Source: Epithemia pelagica | Lineage: Eukaryota > Protista > Bacillariophyta | Length of the DNA: 64,000 nt | Assembly (NCBI GenBank): GCA_946965045.2 | Contig: OX337229.1 | Coordinates: 6,076,001 to 6,140,000, forward strand | Reading direction: 5' to 3' | Shown here: positions 1-14,000 of the stretch, one piece after another | How the letters are laid out: each line of letters opens with the position of its first letter | Position numbering within the stretch: position 1 is the stretch's first letter | Made by a program: the position numbers and the translations under genes | The notes under the pieces: generated by a model | What the model was told of the DNA's origin: nothing | The model's input: only the letters and a program-made list of their open reading frames with translations | The model's database searches: none

Positions 1-3000
1 GATTTGTCGCCATTTGTTTCGCGTGAGAACAACTCTAGAATCCACAGGTTTTGGAATGTGAAAATGGTGTCACTTATAGTCCACGCCATAAGGTATCTGA
101 TAATGCAATGCAATTTGGGTTCGGCAACTTTGATGGTATACTTGTTCCTGTTCGACTTGAGGCTATAGTACTATAAGATTTGTCGCCATTTGTTTCGCGT
201 GAGAACAACTCTAGTATCCACAGGTTTTGGAATGTCAAAATGGTGTCACTTATAGTCCACGCCATAAGGTATCTGATGATGCAATGCAATTTGGGTGCGG
301 CAACTTTGATGGTATACTTGTTCCTGTTCGCCTTGAGGCTATAGTACTATAAGATTTGTCGCCATTTGTTTCGCATGAGAACAACTCTAGAATCCACAGG
401 TTTTGGAATGTGAAAAAGGTGTCACTTATAGTCCACGCCATAAGGTATCTGATGATGTAATGCAATTTGGGTTCGGCAACTTTGATGGTATACTTGTTCC
501 TGTTCCACTTGAGGCTATTGTACTATAAGATTTGTCGCCATTTGTTTCGCGTGAGAACAACTCTAGAATCCACAGGTTTTGGAATGTGAAAATGGTGTCA
601 CTTATAGTCCACGCCATAAGGTATCTGATGTTGCAATGCAATTTGGGTTCGGCAACTTAAATGGTATACTTGTTCCTGTTCGACTTGAGGCTATTGTACT
701 ATAAGATTTGTCGCCATTTGTTTCGCGTGAGAACAACTCTAGAATCCACAGGTTTTGGAATGTGAAAATGGTGTCACTTATAGTCCACGCCATAAGGTAT
801 CTGATGATGCAATGCAATTTGGGTTCGGCAACTTAAATGGTATACTTGTTCCTGTTCGACTTGAGGCTATTGTACTATAAGATTTGTCGCCATTTGTTTC
901 GCGTGAGAACAACTCTAGTATCCACAGGTTTTGGAATATGAACCTGTTGTCACTTATAGTCCACGCCATAAGGTATCTGATGATGTAATGCAATTTGGGT
1001 TCGGCAACTTTGATGGTATACTTGTTCCTGTTCGACTTGAGGCTATAGTACTATAAGATTTGTCGCCATTTGTTTCGCGTGAGAACAACTCTAGTATCCA
1101 CAGGTTTTGGAATATGAACCTGTTGTCACTTATAGTCCACGCCATAAGGTATCTGATGATGCAATGCAATTTGGGTTCGGCAACTTAAATGGTATACTTG
1201 TTCCTGATCGACTTGAGGCTATTGTACTATAAGATTTGTCGCCATTTGTTTCGCGTGAGAACAACTCTAGAATCCACAGGTTTTGGAATGTGAAAATGGT
1301 GTCACTTATAGTCCACGCCATAAGGTATCTGATGTTGTTATGCAATTTGGGTGCGGCAACTTTGATGGTATACTTGCTCCTGTTCAACTTGAGGCTATTG
1401 TACTATAAGATTTGTCGCCATTTGTTTCGCGTGAGAACAACTCTAGAATCCACAGGTTTTGGAATGTGAAAATGGTGTCACTTATAGTCCACGCCATAAG
1501 GTATCTGATAATTCAATGCAATTTGGGTTCGACAACTTTGATGGTATACTTGTTCCTGTTCGACTTGAGGCTATAGTACTATAAGATTTGTCGCCATTTG
1601 TTTCGCGTGAAAACAACTCTAGTATCCACAGGTTTTGGAATGTGAAAATGGTGTCACTTATAGTCCACGCCATAAGGTATCTGATAATTCAATGCAATTT
1701 GGGTTCGACAACTTTGATGGTATACTTGTTCCTGTTCGACTTGAGGCTATAGTACTATAAGATTTGTCGCCATTTGTTTCGCGTGAGAACAACTCTAGTA
1801 TCCACATGTTTTGGAATGTGAAAAAGGTGTCACTTATATTCCACGCCATACGATATCTGATGATGCAATGCAATTTGGGTGCGGCAACTTTGATGGTATA
1901 CTTGTTCCTGTTCGCCTTGAGGCTATAGTACTATAAGATTTGTCGCCATTTGTTTCGCATGAGAACAACTCTAGAATCCACAGGTTTTGGAATGTGAAAA
2001 AGGTGTCACTTATAGTCCACGCCATACGATATCTGATGATGCAATGCAATTTGGGTGCGGCAACTTTGATGGTATACTTGTTCCTGTTCGACTTGAGGCT
2101 ATAGTACTATAAGATTTGTCGCCATTTGTTTCGCATGAGAACAACTCTAGAATCCACAGGTTTTGGAATGTGAAAATGGTGTCACTTATAGTCCACGCCA
2201 TAAGGTATCTGATAATGTAATGTAATTTGGGTTCGGCAACTTTGATGGTATACTTGTTCCTGTTCAACTTGAGGCTATATTACTATAAGATTTGTCGCCA
2301 TTTGTTTCGCGTGAGAACAACTCTAGAATCCACAGGTTTTGGAATGTGAAAATGGTGTCACTTATAGTCCACGCCATAAGGTATCTGATGATGCAATGCA
2401 ATTTGGGTTCGGCAACTTAAATGGTATACTTGTTCCTGTTCGACTTGAGGCTATTGTACTATAAGATTTGTCGCCATTTGTTTCGCGTGAGAACAACTCT
2501 AGAATCCACAGGTTTTGGAATGTGAAAATGGTGTCACTTATAGTCCACGCCATAAGGTATCTGATAATTCAATGCAATTTGGGTTCGGCAACTTAAATGG
2601 TATACTTGTTCCTGTTCGACTTGAGGCTATAGTACTATAAGATTTGTCGCCATTTGTTTCGCGTGAGAACAACTCTAGTATCCACATGTTTTGGAATGTG
2701 AAAATGGTGTCACTTATAGTCCACGCCATAAGGTATCTGATGATGTAATGCAATTTGGGTTCGGCAACTTTGATGGTATACTTGTTCCTGTTCGACTTGA
2801 GGCTATAGTACTATAAGATTTGTCGCCATTTGTTTCGCGTGAGAACAACTCTAGTATCCACAGGTTTTGGAATATGAACCTGTTGTCACTTATAGTCCAC
2901 GCCATAAGGTATCTGATGATGCAATGCAATTTGGGTGCGGCAACTTTGATGGTATACTTGTTCCTGATCGACTTGAGGCTATTGTACTATAAGATTTGTC

Positions 3001-6000
3001 GCCATTTGTTTCGCGTGAGAACAACTCTAGAATCCACAGGTTTTGGAATGTGAAAATGGTGTCACTTATAGTCCACGTCATAAGGTATCTGATAATGCAA
3101 TGCAATTTGGGTGCGGCAACTTTGATGGTATACTTGTTCCTGTTCGACTTGAGGCTATAGTACTATAAGATTTGTCGCCATTTGTTTCGCGTGAGAACAA
3201 CTCTAGTATCCACAGGTTTTGGAATGTGAAAATGGTGTCACTTATAGTCCACGCCATAAGGTATCTGATGATGTAATGCAATTTGGGTGCGGCAACTTTG
3301 ATGGTATACTTGCTCCTGTTCAACTTGAGGCTATTGTACTATAAGATTTGTCGCCATTTGTTTCGCGTGAGAACAACTCTAGAATCCACAGGTTTTGGAA
3401 TGTGAAAATGGTGTCACTTATAGTCCACGCCATAAGGTATCTGATAATTCAATGCAATTTGGGTTCGACAACTTTGATGGTATACTTGTTCCTGTTCGAC
3501 TTGAGGCTATAGTACTATAAGATTTGTCGCCATTTGTTTCGCGTGAAAACAACTCTAGTATCCACAGGTTTTGGAATGTGAAAATGGTGTCACTTATAGT
3601 CCACGCCATAAGGTATCTGATGATGCAATGCAATTTGGGTTCGGCAACTTTGATGGTATACTTGTTCCTGTTCGACTTGAGGCTATAGTACTATAAGATT
3701 TGTCGCCATTTGTTTCGCGTGAGAACAACTCTAGTATCCTCATGTTTTGGAATGTCAAACTGGTGTCACTTATAGTCCACGCCATAAGGTATTTGATAAT
3801 TCAATGCAATTTGGGTTCGGCAACTTTAATGGTATACTTGTTCCTGTTCGACTTGAGGCTATAGTACTATAAGATTTGTCGCCATTTGTTTCGCGTGAGA
3901 ACAACTCTAGTATCCACAGGTTTTGGAATGTGAAACTGTTGTCACTTATAGTCCACGCCATAAGGTATCTGATAATGCAATGCAATTTGGGTTCGGCAAC
4001 TTTGATGGTATACTTGTTCCTGTTCGACTTGAGGCTATACTACTATAAGATTTGTCGCCATTTGTTTCGCGTGAGAACAACTCTAGTATCCACAGGTTTT
4101 GGAATGTGAAACTGTTGTCACTTATAGTCCACGCCATAAGGTATCTGATAATGCAATGCAATTTGGGTGCGGCAACTTTGATGGTATACTTGTTCCTGTT
4201 CGACTTGAGGCTATTGTACTAATAGATTTGTCGCCATTTGTTTCGCGTGAGAACAACTCTAGAATCCACAGGTTTTGGAATGTGAAAATGGTGTCACTTA
4301 TAGTCCACGTCATAAGGTATCTGATAATGCAATGCAATTTGGGTTCGGCAACTTTGATGGTATACTTGTTCCTGTTCGACTTGAGGCTATTGTACTATAA
4401 GATTTGTCGCCATTTGTTTCGCGTGAGAACAACTCTAGAATCCACAGGTTTTGGAATGTGAAAATGGTGTCACTTATAGTCCACGCCATAAGGTATCTGA
4501 TAATTCAATGCAATTTGGGTTCGACAACTTTGATGGTATACTTGTTCCTGTTCGACTTGAGGCTATAGTACTATAAGATTTGTCGCCATTTGTTTCGCGT
4601 GAAAACAACTCTAGTATCCACAGGTTTTGGAATGTGAAAATGGTGTCACTTATAGTCCACGCCATAAGGTATCTGATGATGCAATGCAATTTGGGTTCGG
4701 CAACTTTGATGGTATACTTGTTCCTGTTCGACTTGAGGCTATAGTACTATAAGATTTGTCGCCATTTGTTTCGCGTGAGAACAACTCTAGTATCCTCATG
4801 TTTTGGAATGTCAAACTGGTGTCACTTATAGTCCACGCCATAAGGTATTTGATAATTCAATGCAATTTGGGTTCGGCAACTTTAATGGTATACTTGTTCC
4901 TGTTCGACTTGAGGCTATAGTACTATAAGATTTGTCGCCATTTGTTTCGCGTGAGAACAACTCTAGAATCCACAGGTTTTGAAATGTGAAAATGGTGTCA
5001 CTTATAGTCCACGTCATAAGGTATCTGATGATGCAATGCAATTTGGGTGCGGCAACTTTGATGGTATACTTGTTCCTGATCGACTTGAGGCTATTGTACT
5101 ATAAGATTTGTCGCCATTTGTTTCGCGTGAGAACAACTCTAGAATCCACAGGTTTTGGAATGTGAAAATGGTGTCACTTATAGTCCACGTCATAAGGTAT
5201 CTGATAATGCAATGCAATTTGGGTTCGGCAACTTTGATGGTATACTTGTTCCTGTTCGACTTGAGGCTATTGTACTATAAGATTTGTCGCCATTTGTTTC
5301 GCGTGAGAACAACTCTAGAATCCACATGTTTTGGAATGTGAAAATAGTGTCACTTATAGTCCACGCCATAAGGTATCTGATGATGCAATGCAATATGGGT
5401 GCGGCAACTTTGATGGTATACTTGTTCCTGTTCGACTTGAGGCTATACTACTATAAGATTTGTCGCCATTTGTTTCGCTTGAGAACAACTCTAGAATCCA
5501 CAGGTTTTGGAATGTGAAAATGGTGTCACTTATAGTCCACGTCATAAGGTATCTGATGATGCAATGCAATTTGGGTGCGGCAACTTTGATGGTATACTTG
5601 TTCCTGATCGACTTGAGGCTATTGTACTATAAGATTTGTCGCCATTTGTTTCGCGTGAGAACAACTCTAGAATCCACAGGTTTTGGAATGTGAAAATGGT
5701 GTCACTTATAGTCCACGTCATAAGGTATCTGATAATGCAATGCAATTTGGGTTCGGCAACTTTGATGGTATACTTGCTCCTGTTCAACTTGAGGCTATTG
5801 TACTATAAGATTTGTCGCCATTTGTTTCGCGTGAGAACAACTCTAGAATCCACAGGTTTTGGAATGTGAAAATGGTGTCACTTATAGTCCACGCCATAAG
5901 GTATCTGATAATTCAATGCAATTTGGGTTCGACAACTTTGATGGTATACTTGTTCCTGTTCGACTTGAGGCTATAGTACTATAAGATTTGTCGCCATTTG

Positions 6001-9000
6001 TTTCGCGTGAAAACAACTCTAGTATCCACAGGTTTTGGAATGTGAAAATGGTGTCACTTATAGTCCACGCCATAAGGTATCTGATGATGCAATGCAATTT
6101 GGGTTCGGCAACTTTGATGGTATACTTGTTCCTGTTCGACTTGAGGCTATAGTACTATAAGATTTGTCGCCATTTGTTTCGCGTGAGAACAACTCTAGTA
6201 TCCTCATGTTTTGGAATGTCAAACTGGTGTCACTTATAGTCCACGCCATAAGGTATTTGATAATTCAATGCAATTTGGGTTCGGCAACTTTAATGGTATA
6301 CTTGTTCCTGTTCGACTTGAGGCTATAGTACTATAAGATTTGTCGCCATTTGTTTCGCGTGAGAACAACTCTAGAATCCACAGGTTTTGAAATGTGAAAA
6401 TGGTGTCACTTATAGTCCACGCCATAAGGTATCTGATAATGCAATGCAATTTGGGTGCGGTAACTTTGATGGTATACTTGTTCCTGTTCGACTTGAGGCT
6501 ATACTACTATAAGATTTGTCGCCATTTGTTTCGCGTGAGAACAACTCTAGTATCCACAGGTTTTGGAATGTCAAAATGGTGTCACTTATAGTCCACGCCA
6601 TAAGGTATCTGATAATGCAATGCAATTTGGGTTCGGCAACTTTGATGGTATACTTGTTCCTGTTCGACTTGAGGCTATACTACTATAAGATTTGTCGCCA
6701 TTTGTTTCGCGTGAGAACAACTCTAGTATCCACAGGTTTTGGAATGTGAAACTGTTGTCACTTATAGTCCACGCCATAAGGTATCTGATAATGCAATGCA
6801 ATTTGGGTGCGGCAACTTTGATGGTATACTTGTTCCTGTTCGACTTGAGGCTATTGTACTAATAGATTTGTCGCCATTTGTTTCGCGTGAGAACAACTCT
6901 AGTATCCACATGTTTTGGAATGTGAAAATAGTGTCACTTATAGTCCACGCCATAAGGTATCTGATGATGCAATGCAATATGGGTGCGGCAACTTTGATGG
7001 TATACTTGTTCCTGTTCGACTTGAGGCTATACTACTATAAGATTTGTCGCCATTTGTTTCGCTTGAGAACAACTCTAGAATCCACAGGTTTTGGAATGTG
7101 AAAATGGTGTCACTTATAGTCCACGTCATAAGGTATCTGATGATGCAATGCAATTTGGGTGCGGCAACTTTGATGGTATACTTGTTCCTGATCGACTTGA
7201 GGCTATTGTACTATAAGATTTGTCGCCATTTGTTTCGCGTGAGAACAACTCTAGAATCCACAGGTTTTGGAATGTGAAAATGGTGTCACTTATAGTCCAC
7301 GTCATAAGGTATCTGATAATGCAATGCAATTTGGGTTCGGCAACTTTGATGGTATACTTGTTCCTGTTCGACTTGAGGCTATTGTACTATAAGATTTGTC
7401 GCCATTTGTTTCGCGTGAGAACAACTCTAGAATCCACAGGTTTTGGAATGTGAAACTGTTGTCACTTATAGTCCACGCCATAAGGTATCTGATGATGCAA
7501 TGCAATTTGGGTTCGGCAACTTTGATGGTATACTTGTTCCTGTTCGACTTGAGGCTATAGTACTATAAGATTTGCCGCCATTTGTTTCGCGTGAGAACAA
7601 CTCTAGTATCCTCATGTTTTGGAATGTGAAAAAGGTGTCACTTATAGTCCACGCCATAAGGTATCTGATGATGTAATGCAATTTGGGTTCGGCAACTTTG
7701 ATGGTATACTTGTTCCTGTTCAACTTGAGGCTATATTACTATAAGATTTGTCGCCATTTGTTTCGCGTGAGAACAACTCTAGAATCCACAGGTTTTGGAA
7801 TGTGAAAATGGTGTCACTTATAGTCCACGCCATAAGGTATCTGATGATGCAATGCAATTTGGGTTCGGCAACTTAAATGGTATACTTGTTCCTGTTCGAC
7901 TTGAGGCTATTGTACTATAAGATTTGTCGCCATTTGTTTCGCGTGAGAACAACTCTAGAATCCACAGGTTTTGGAATGTGAAACTGTTGTCACTTATAGT
8001 CCACGCCATAAGGTATCTGATGATGCAATGCAATTTGGGTTCGGCAACTTAAATGGTATACTTGTTCCTGTTCGACTTGAGGCTATAGTACTATAAGATT
8101 TGTCGCCATTTGTTTCGCGTGAGAACAACTCTAGTATCCACATGTTTTGGAATGTGAAAATGGTGTCACTTATAGTCCACGCCATAAGGTATCTGATGAT
8201 GTAATGCAATTTGGGTTCGGCAACTTTGATGGTATACTTGTTCCTGTTCGACTTGAGGCTATAGTACTATAAGATTTGTCGCCATTTGTTTCGCGTGAGA
8301 ACAACTCTAGTATCCACAGGTTTTGGAATATGAACCTGTTGTCACTTATAGTTCACGCCATAAGGTATCTGATGATGCAATGCAATTTGGGTGCGGCAAC
8401 TTTGATGGTATACTTGTTCCTGATCGACTTGAGGCTATTGTACTATAAGATTTGTCGCCATTTGTTTCGCGTGAGAACAACTCTAGAATCCACAGGTTTT
8501 GGAATGTGAAAATGGTGTCACTTATAGTCCACGTCATAAGGTATCTGATAATGCAATGCAATTTGGGTGCGGCAACTTTGATGGTATACTTGTTCCTGTT
8601 CGACTTGAGGCTATAGTACTATAAGATTTGTCGCCATTTGTTTCGCGTGAGAACAACTCTAGTATCCACAGGTTTTGGAATGTGAAAATGGTGTCACTTA
8701 TAGTCCACGCCATAAGGTATCTGATGATGTAATGCAATTTGGGTGCGGCAACTTTGATGGTATACTTGCTCCTGTTCAACTTGAGGCTATTGTACTATAA
8801 GATTTGTCGCCATTTGTTTCGCGTGAGAACAACTCTAGAATCCACAGGTTTTGGAATGTGAAAATGGTGTCACTTATAGTCCACGCCATAAGGTATCTGA
8901 TAATTCAATGCAATTTGGGTTCGACAACTTTGATGGTATACTTGTTCCTGTTCGACTTGAGGCTATAGTACTATAAGATTTGTCGCCATTTGTTTCGCGT

Positions 9001-11010
9001 GAAAACAACTCTAGTATCCACAGGTTTTGGAATGTGAAAATGGTGTCACTTATAGTCCACGCCATAAGGTATCTGATAATGCAATGCAATTTGGGTGCGG
9101 TAACTTTGATGGTATACTTGTTCCTGTTCGACTTGAGGCTATACTACTATAAGATTTGTCGCCATTTGTTTCGCGTGAGAACAACTCTAGTATCCACAGG
9201 TTTTGGAATGTCAAAATGGTGTCACTTATAGTCCACGCCATAAGGTATCTGATAATGCAATGCAATTTGGGTTCGGCAACTTTGATGGTATACTTGTTCC
9301 TGTTCGACTTGAGGCTATACTACTATAAGATTTGTCGCCATTTGTTTCGCGTGAGAACAACTCTAGTATCCACAGGTTTTGGAATGTGAAACTGTTGTCA
9401 CTTATAGTCCACGCCATAAGTTATCTGATGATGCAATGCAATTTGGGTGCGGCAACTTTGATGGTATACTTGTTCCTGTTCGACTTGAGGCTATTGTACT
9501 AATAGATTTGTCGCCATTTGTTTCGCGTGAGAACAACTCTAGTATCCACAGGTTTTGGAATGTGAAAATAGTGTCACTTAAAGTCCACGCCATAAGTTAT
9601 CTGATGATGCAATGCAATTTGGGTGCGGCAACTTTGATGGTATACTTGTTCCTGTTCGACTTGAGGCTATACTACTATAAGATTTGTCGCCATTTGTTTC
9701 GCTTGAGAACAACTCTAGAATCCACAGGTTTTGGAATGTGAAAATGGTGTCACTTATAGTCCACGCCATAAGGTATCTGATGATGCAATGCAATTTGGGT
9801 TCGGCAACTTTGATGGTATACTTGTTCCTGTTCCACTTGAGGCTATTGTACTATAAGATTTGTCGCCATTTGTTTCACGTGAGAACAACTCTAGTATCCA
9901 CAGGTTTTGGAATGTGAAAATGTTGTCACTCATATTCCACGCCATACGATATCTGATAATGCAATGCAATTTGGGTGCGGCAACTTTGATGGTATACTTG
10001 TTCCTGTTCGACTTGAGGCTATAGTACTATAAGATTTGTCGCCATTTGTTTCGCGTGAGAACAACTCTAGTATCCACAGGTTTTGGAATGTGAAAATAGT
10101 GTCACTTATAGTCCACGCCATAACGTATTTGATAATGCAATGCAATTTGGGTGCGGCAACTTTGATGGTATACTTGTTCCTGTTCGACTTGAGGCTATAC
10201 TACTATAAGATTTGTCGCCATTTGTTTCGCTTGAGAACAACTCTAGTATCCACAGGTTTTGGAATGTGAAAATGGTGTCACTTATAGTCCACGCCATAAG
10301 GTATCTGATGATGTAATGCAATTTGGGTGCGGCAACTTTGATGGTATACTTGCTCCTGTTCCACTTGAGGCTATTGTACTATAAGATTTGTCGCCATTTG
10401 TTTCGCGTGAGAACAACTCTAGTATCCACAGGTTTTGGAATGTGAAAATGTTGTCACTTATATTCCACGCCATACGATATCTGATGATGCAATGCAATTT
10501 GGGTGCGGCAACTTTGATGGTATACTTGTTCCTGTTCGACTTGAGGCTATAGTACTATAAGATTTGTCGCCATTTGTTTCGCGTGAGAACAACTCTAGTA
10601 TCCACAGGTTTTGGAATGTGAAAATAGTGTCACTTATAGTCCACGCCATAACGTATTTGATAATGCAATGCAATTTGGGTGCGGCAACTTTGATGGTATA
10701 CTTGTTCCTGTTCAACTTGAGGCTATTGTACTATAAGATTTGTCGCCATTTGTTTCGCGTGAGAACAACTCTAGTATCCACAGGTTTTGGAATGTCAAAC
10801 TGTTGTCACTTATAGTCCACGCCATAAGGTATCTGATGATGCAATGCAATTTGGGTTCGGCAACTTTGATGGTATACTTGTTCCTGTTCCACTTGAGGCT
10901 ATTGTACTATAAGATTTGTCGCCATTTGTTTCGCGTGAAAACAACTCTAGAATCCATTGGTTTTGGAATGTGAAAATGGTGTGACTTATAGCCCACTGCA
11001 TAAGCTATCC
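1..11010. repeat. 176-bp tandem satellite array, ~62.5 monomers, open at the left window edge
   Basis: Monomer gatttgtcgccatttgtttcgcgtgagaac...gaggctatagtactataa recurs every 176 bp. Repeat-derived ORFs start at 74, 250, 426 ... 10810 (=74+61x176). First monomer is 71/176 GC (~40%). Confidence 0.99.
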
Positions 11011-14000
11011 CTCATCCGAATACAGGTATATGATGGCTTCAATTTTATAAGAGCTATGTCTGTCATCTATATGAACCTTCGGTGGTGGATGCTTCGTAGT
11101 TCTAAAGCAGACATGGAATTCTTTACATTCCGCTGACATCCTGCGACACTTTTCTGCAATCAAAGGTTTTGCTATAAAGAGGCCCTTCATTTCACAAACT
11201 CTTGAAAGGCAAACATAGTTCCAGTTTCCAGTGTAATCCCAGTTCGATATGTAGAGGAACTCAATTGACCGTCCTTGCAGTTTATGGACGGTTCTTGCGT
11301 TTGACACGTTCACAGGAAGCTGGGTCATCTTCATCATTTTCCGAACTCTTGTCATGTTAAGCAGTGGCAATGGAAACTGTACTTGTTGACAGACAGTTTC
11401 TGGTTTTAGAATGACGAGTTGGTTACGTCCACCATCCAACATCTCCACTTTTAGTCCTTCAAGTTGGGAGACCTTTATACTCCAAACATAGAACCCATCA
11501 ATCATTATTTTTTCCATGTCATTCAACGTAACACCTTGTTTGAGAACAAGTCCCTTGAATTCACACATTGCTCCATTTGCAATACATGAATCAACTTTTT
11601 TATTCTCATTGATGCACAATGGTCTTCCATAGTACAGTTTCAGCAGAGGGTCATATCTTTTGTTGTCTTTTCCTCGTAGATGTCCTTCTCCACATGTTGC
11701 ATAGAGGATATCTTCACACGACTTGTTAAAATTGATGTATTCAGAACGTGTCCCAGCTTTCCTCCACTTCAAATTAGAGGCTTTTATACAGACTGTGTGT
11801 AGTGGTGGTCGTACAGTTGGATCTTTTGAATGGGTGTTTTCGAGATGTTTCCCAAAAATAGCATCATTGATGGCAGCGCGATCAAGGTTGGTTTTTGTTG
11901 CATATACCACATTTGGGGGTATATCACTTTCTGTTGGTCCACCTCTTGAACCAACAACCCGAGTGTTAATCTTCTGAACGTCTCTGTCACTTGGCCCTTC
12001 ATCCCGGAATATTGAAAGTAAGTTACCCCAAGGTCGATCCAAATGAAACCTGTGGTTTGTTTTTAGCTCAAGAAAAGTATGGACCCATTCATACCATTTT
12101 TCAAAGTCTTTGAATAAATACAAGGGCTGAGCTTTCACTGGTTTGAGCTGCGTAAAATCTCCAGCGAAGACAATTGGAATCCCCCCAAATTTGTGATCTG
12201 GCTTCAAAATGCGTCTCAATTTGTAATCCAGTTTATCAACAACATCTCTTGATGCAAAAGAAATTTCATCTACAATCAAGAGATAAGCATTTTTCCATTC
12301 TTCTGGTTCATTGGTAACTTCCCTGTTTAATGCACAAGCCATATGTGTCGTTTCACCATTGATTCCAACAGCTGCTGCACCAGTAAGGGCTGTAACAACA
12401 ATTGTACGTTTGTCATACCTGACCTTGAGGTTAGAACAGAGATTTTTGGCATATCTCACAAGTGTTTTGATGACATGGCTTTTCCCAGATCCACCTGCTC
12501 CAGAAAGAAAGGATATGAACTGGGATCCTTGATTAACCTTCTGCAAAGTCTTTCTTGTGTGATTCATTTTTCTTCTACGGAATGCAGGCATTTGTTCTTG
12601 TCCAGTCGTGTCTTTTGCTGCTTCATCGTGGAGGCGAAGTACAAATGCAGACATTATGGCCTCGAATGCATATTCCTGGTCTTCATCACCTCTGAAGTGA
12701 TGAACAGCATATTCTCGGATATTCTTCAGTGTTCCAGTTGCTTTTATTTCGTCGTGTCCATCATCCATGGTAATCCTTTCTGTTCTTGATATTGCTAACT
12801 CATGAAGTGCTTTCTTTGTCACAAAAGTTGAATAACGAGAAATGAAATCATCATCGTCTAGACCACTTGGATGCTGTTGATCTGGATCCATTTCCTTGCT
12901 TTGTGTTTCAAAAACGTTTGCACCCACACGTTCTCCAAGATTGGGAGTCGCAATGTTTTGCACACCACATTTTGCAGAGCCACATTTTTGGATGATTGAT
13001 GAGGAAAACTGATAAATGTTGTTCGACGTTCTCAACTGAAGTCCTGAGTCATTTAGTTCATTCATTGTTTCAACCAATTCTTCAAATGCACTGTCAATGT
13101 CATCGTGATTGGTTTCTTCAGCATTGTTCTCATTATAAGACCCATGGCCACAAGCAGCTGACGGGCATGATGTTTCAGACTCAAGAGAATCACACGGTCG
13201 CCCAGCTTCCAAACTATTGCGACAATCCTGAATATTTGCAAGAATCTCACAATGTGCTTCTGTTATAATTCCACTGCAAAGTGCCTCCTGGAAACTTCTA
13301 ACATATGAGCCTGCAACAGTCAAATCCGTTTGAACTGAACGAAAGGGATGAAACAGTAAGTTTGCCTTCTTGGCATAAAGTTCCATAGCATGATGCTCCT
13401 CCTCGAGAATTTCGGGAAGTTGAATAGAATCAATCGTTTGGTTTCCAAAAGAACTGGTGTTCATGAAATCTCTGTAATTGACCACAGGAACCTTGATGTG
13501 TTTGCTAGCCTGCACACCAAGATGATTTTTTGATGGATGGTCCTTTATCCATTCCAGACTGCTTTTTGTTCTTCTGCTCACTGTGAACTGGGACAAAAAA
13601 TCATACAAACAAGTGCCTTCTAGTTCTTCTGGACGCAATAAGTAGTTTGCGACACTTGAAGTCAAAAAAGGTGTCCCCTCAATGGAATCAACAGACAAAT
13701 CATTCAGACCATCTGTTTCAAAATGGTTCAAATTGACATATGCAAAATCATGAGAATAATGAAAACGTGAACCTCCATTTCTCACCAAAAAAGATGCCAT
13801 AGGAGCACTGCATATATGAGCAGAGGTGGAAAGCAACATTGCACCAATCAATGTTTTCATTACTGTAGCCACTCTGTCGTTCTCATTGTCTTCTCCTCCT
13901 TGCTCTTGATTTATGTTCGAAGACTCGTCCTCAAGTTGGAGTAAGGACTCTCTCATTTTCTTGATCATATGTTTTGCAGAATTTGTAAAAAGTTCATTGT

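Noticed and set aside
85-125. Spliced-leader or snRNA gene array (AAG|GTA donor followed by Sm-like AATTTGG)
   Set aside because: Both motifs are short enough to occur by chance, no SL-type fold is evident, and trans-splicing is not established in diatoms. Small-RNA data could reopen this.
74-11001. Dozens of 63-120-aa ORFs on both strands in the array
   Set aside because: They are translations of the 176-bp monomer (not a multiple of 3), mostly from non-ATG starts, with no coding signature.
1-11010. CRISPR-like or guide-RNA array
   Set aside because: No unique spacers; the whole monomer is repeated and variation is point substitutions. No Cas-like gene is present.
1-11010. 5S rRNA or tRNA tandem array
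   Set aside because: No 5S consensus, A/C boxes or cloverleaf recognisable.
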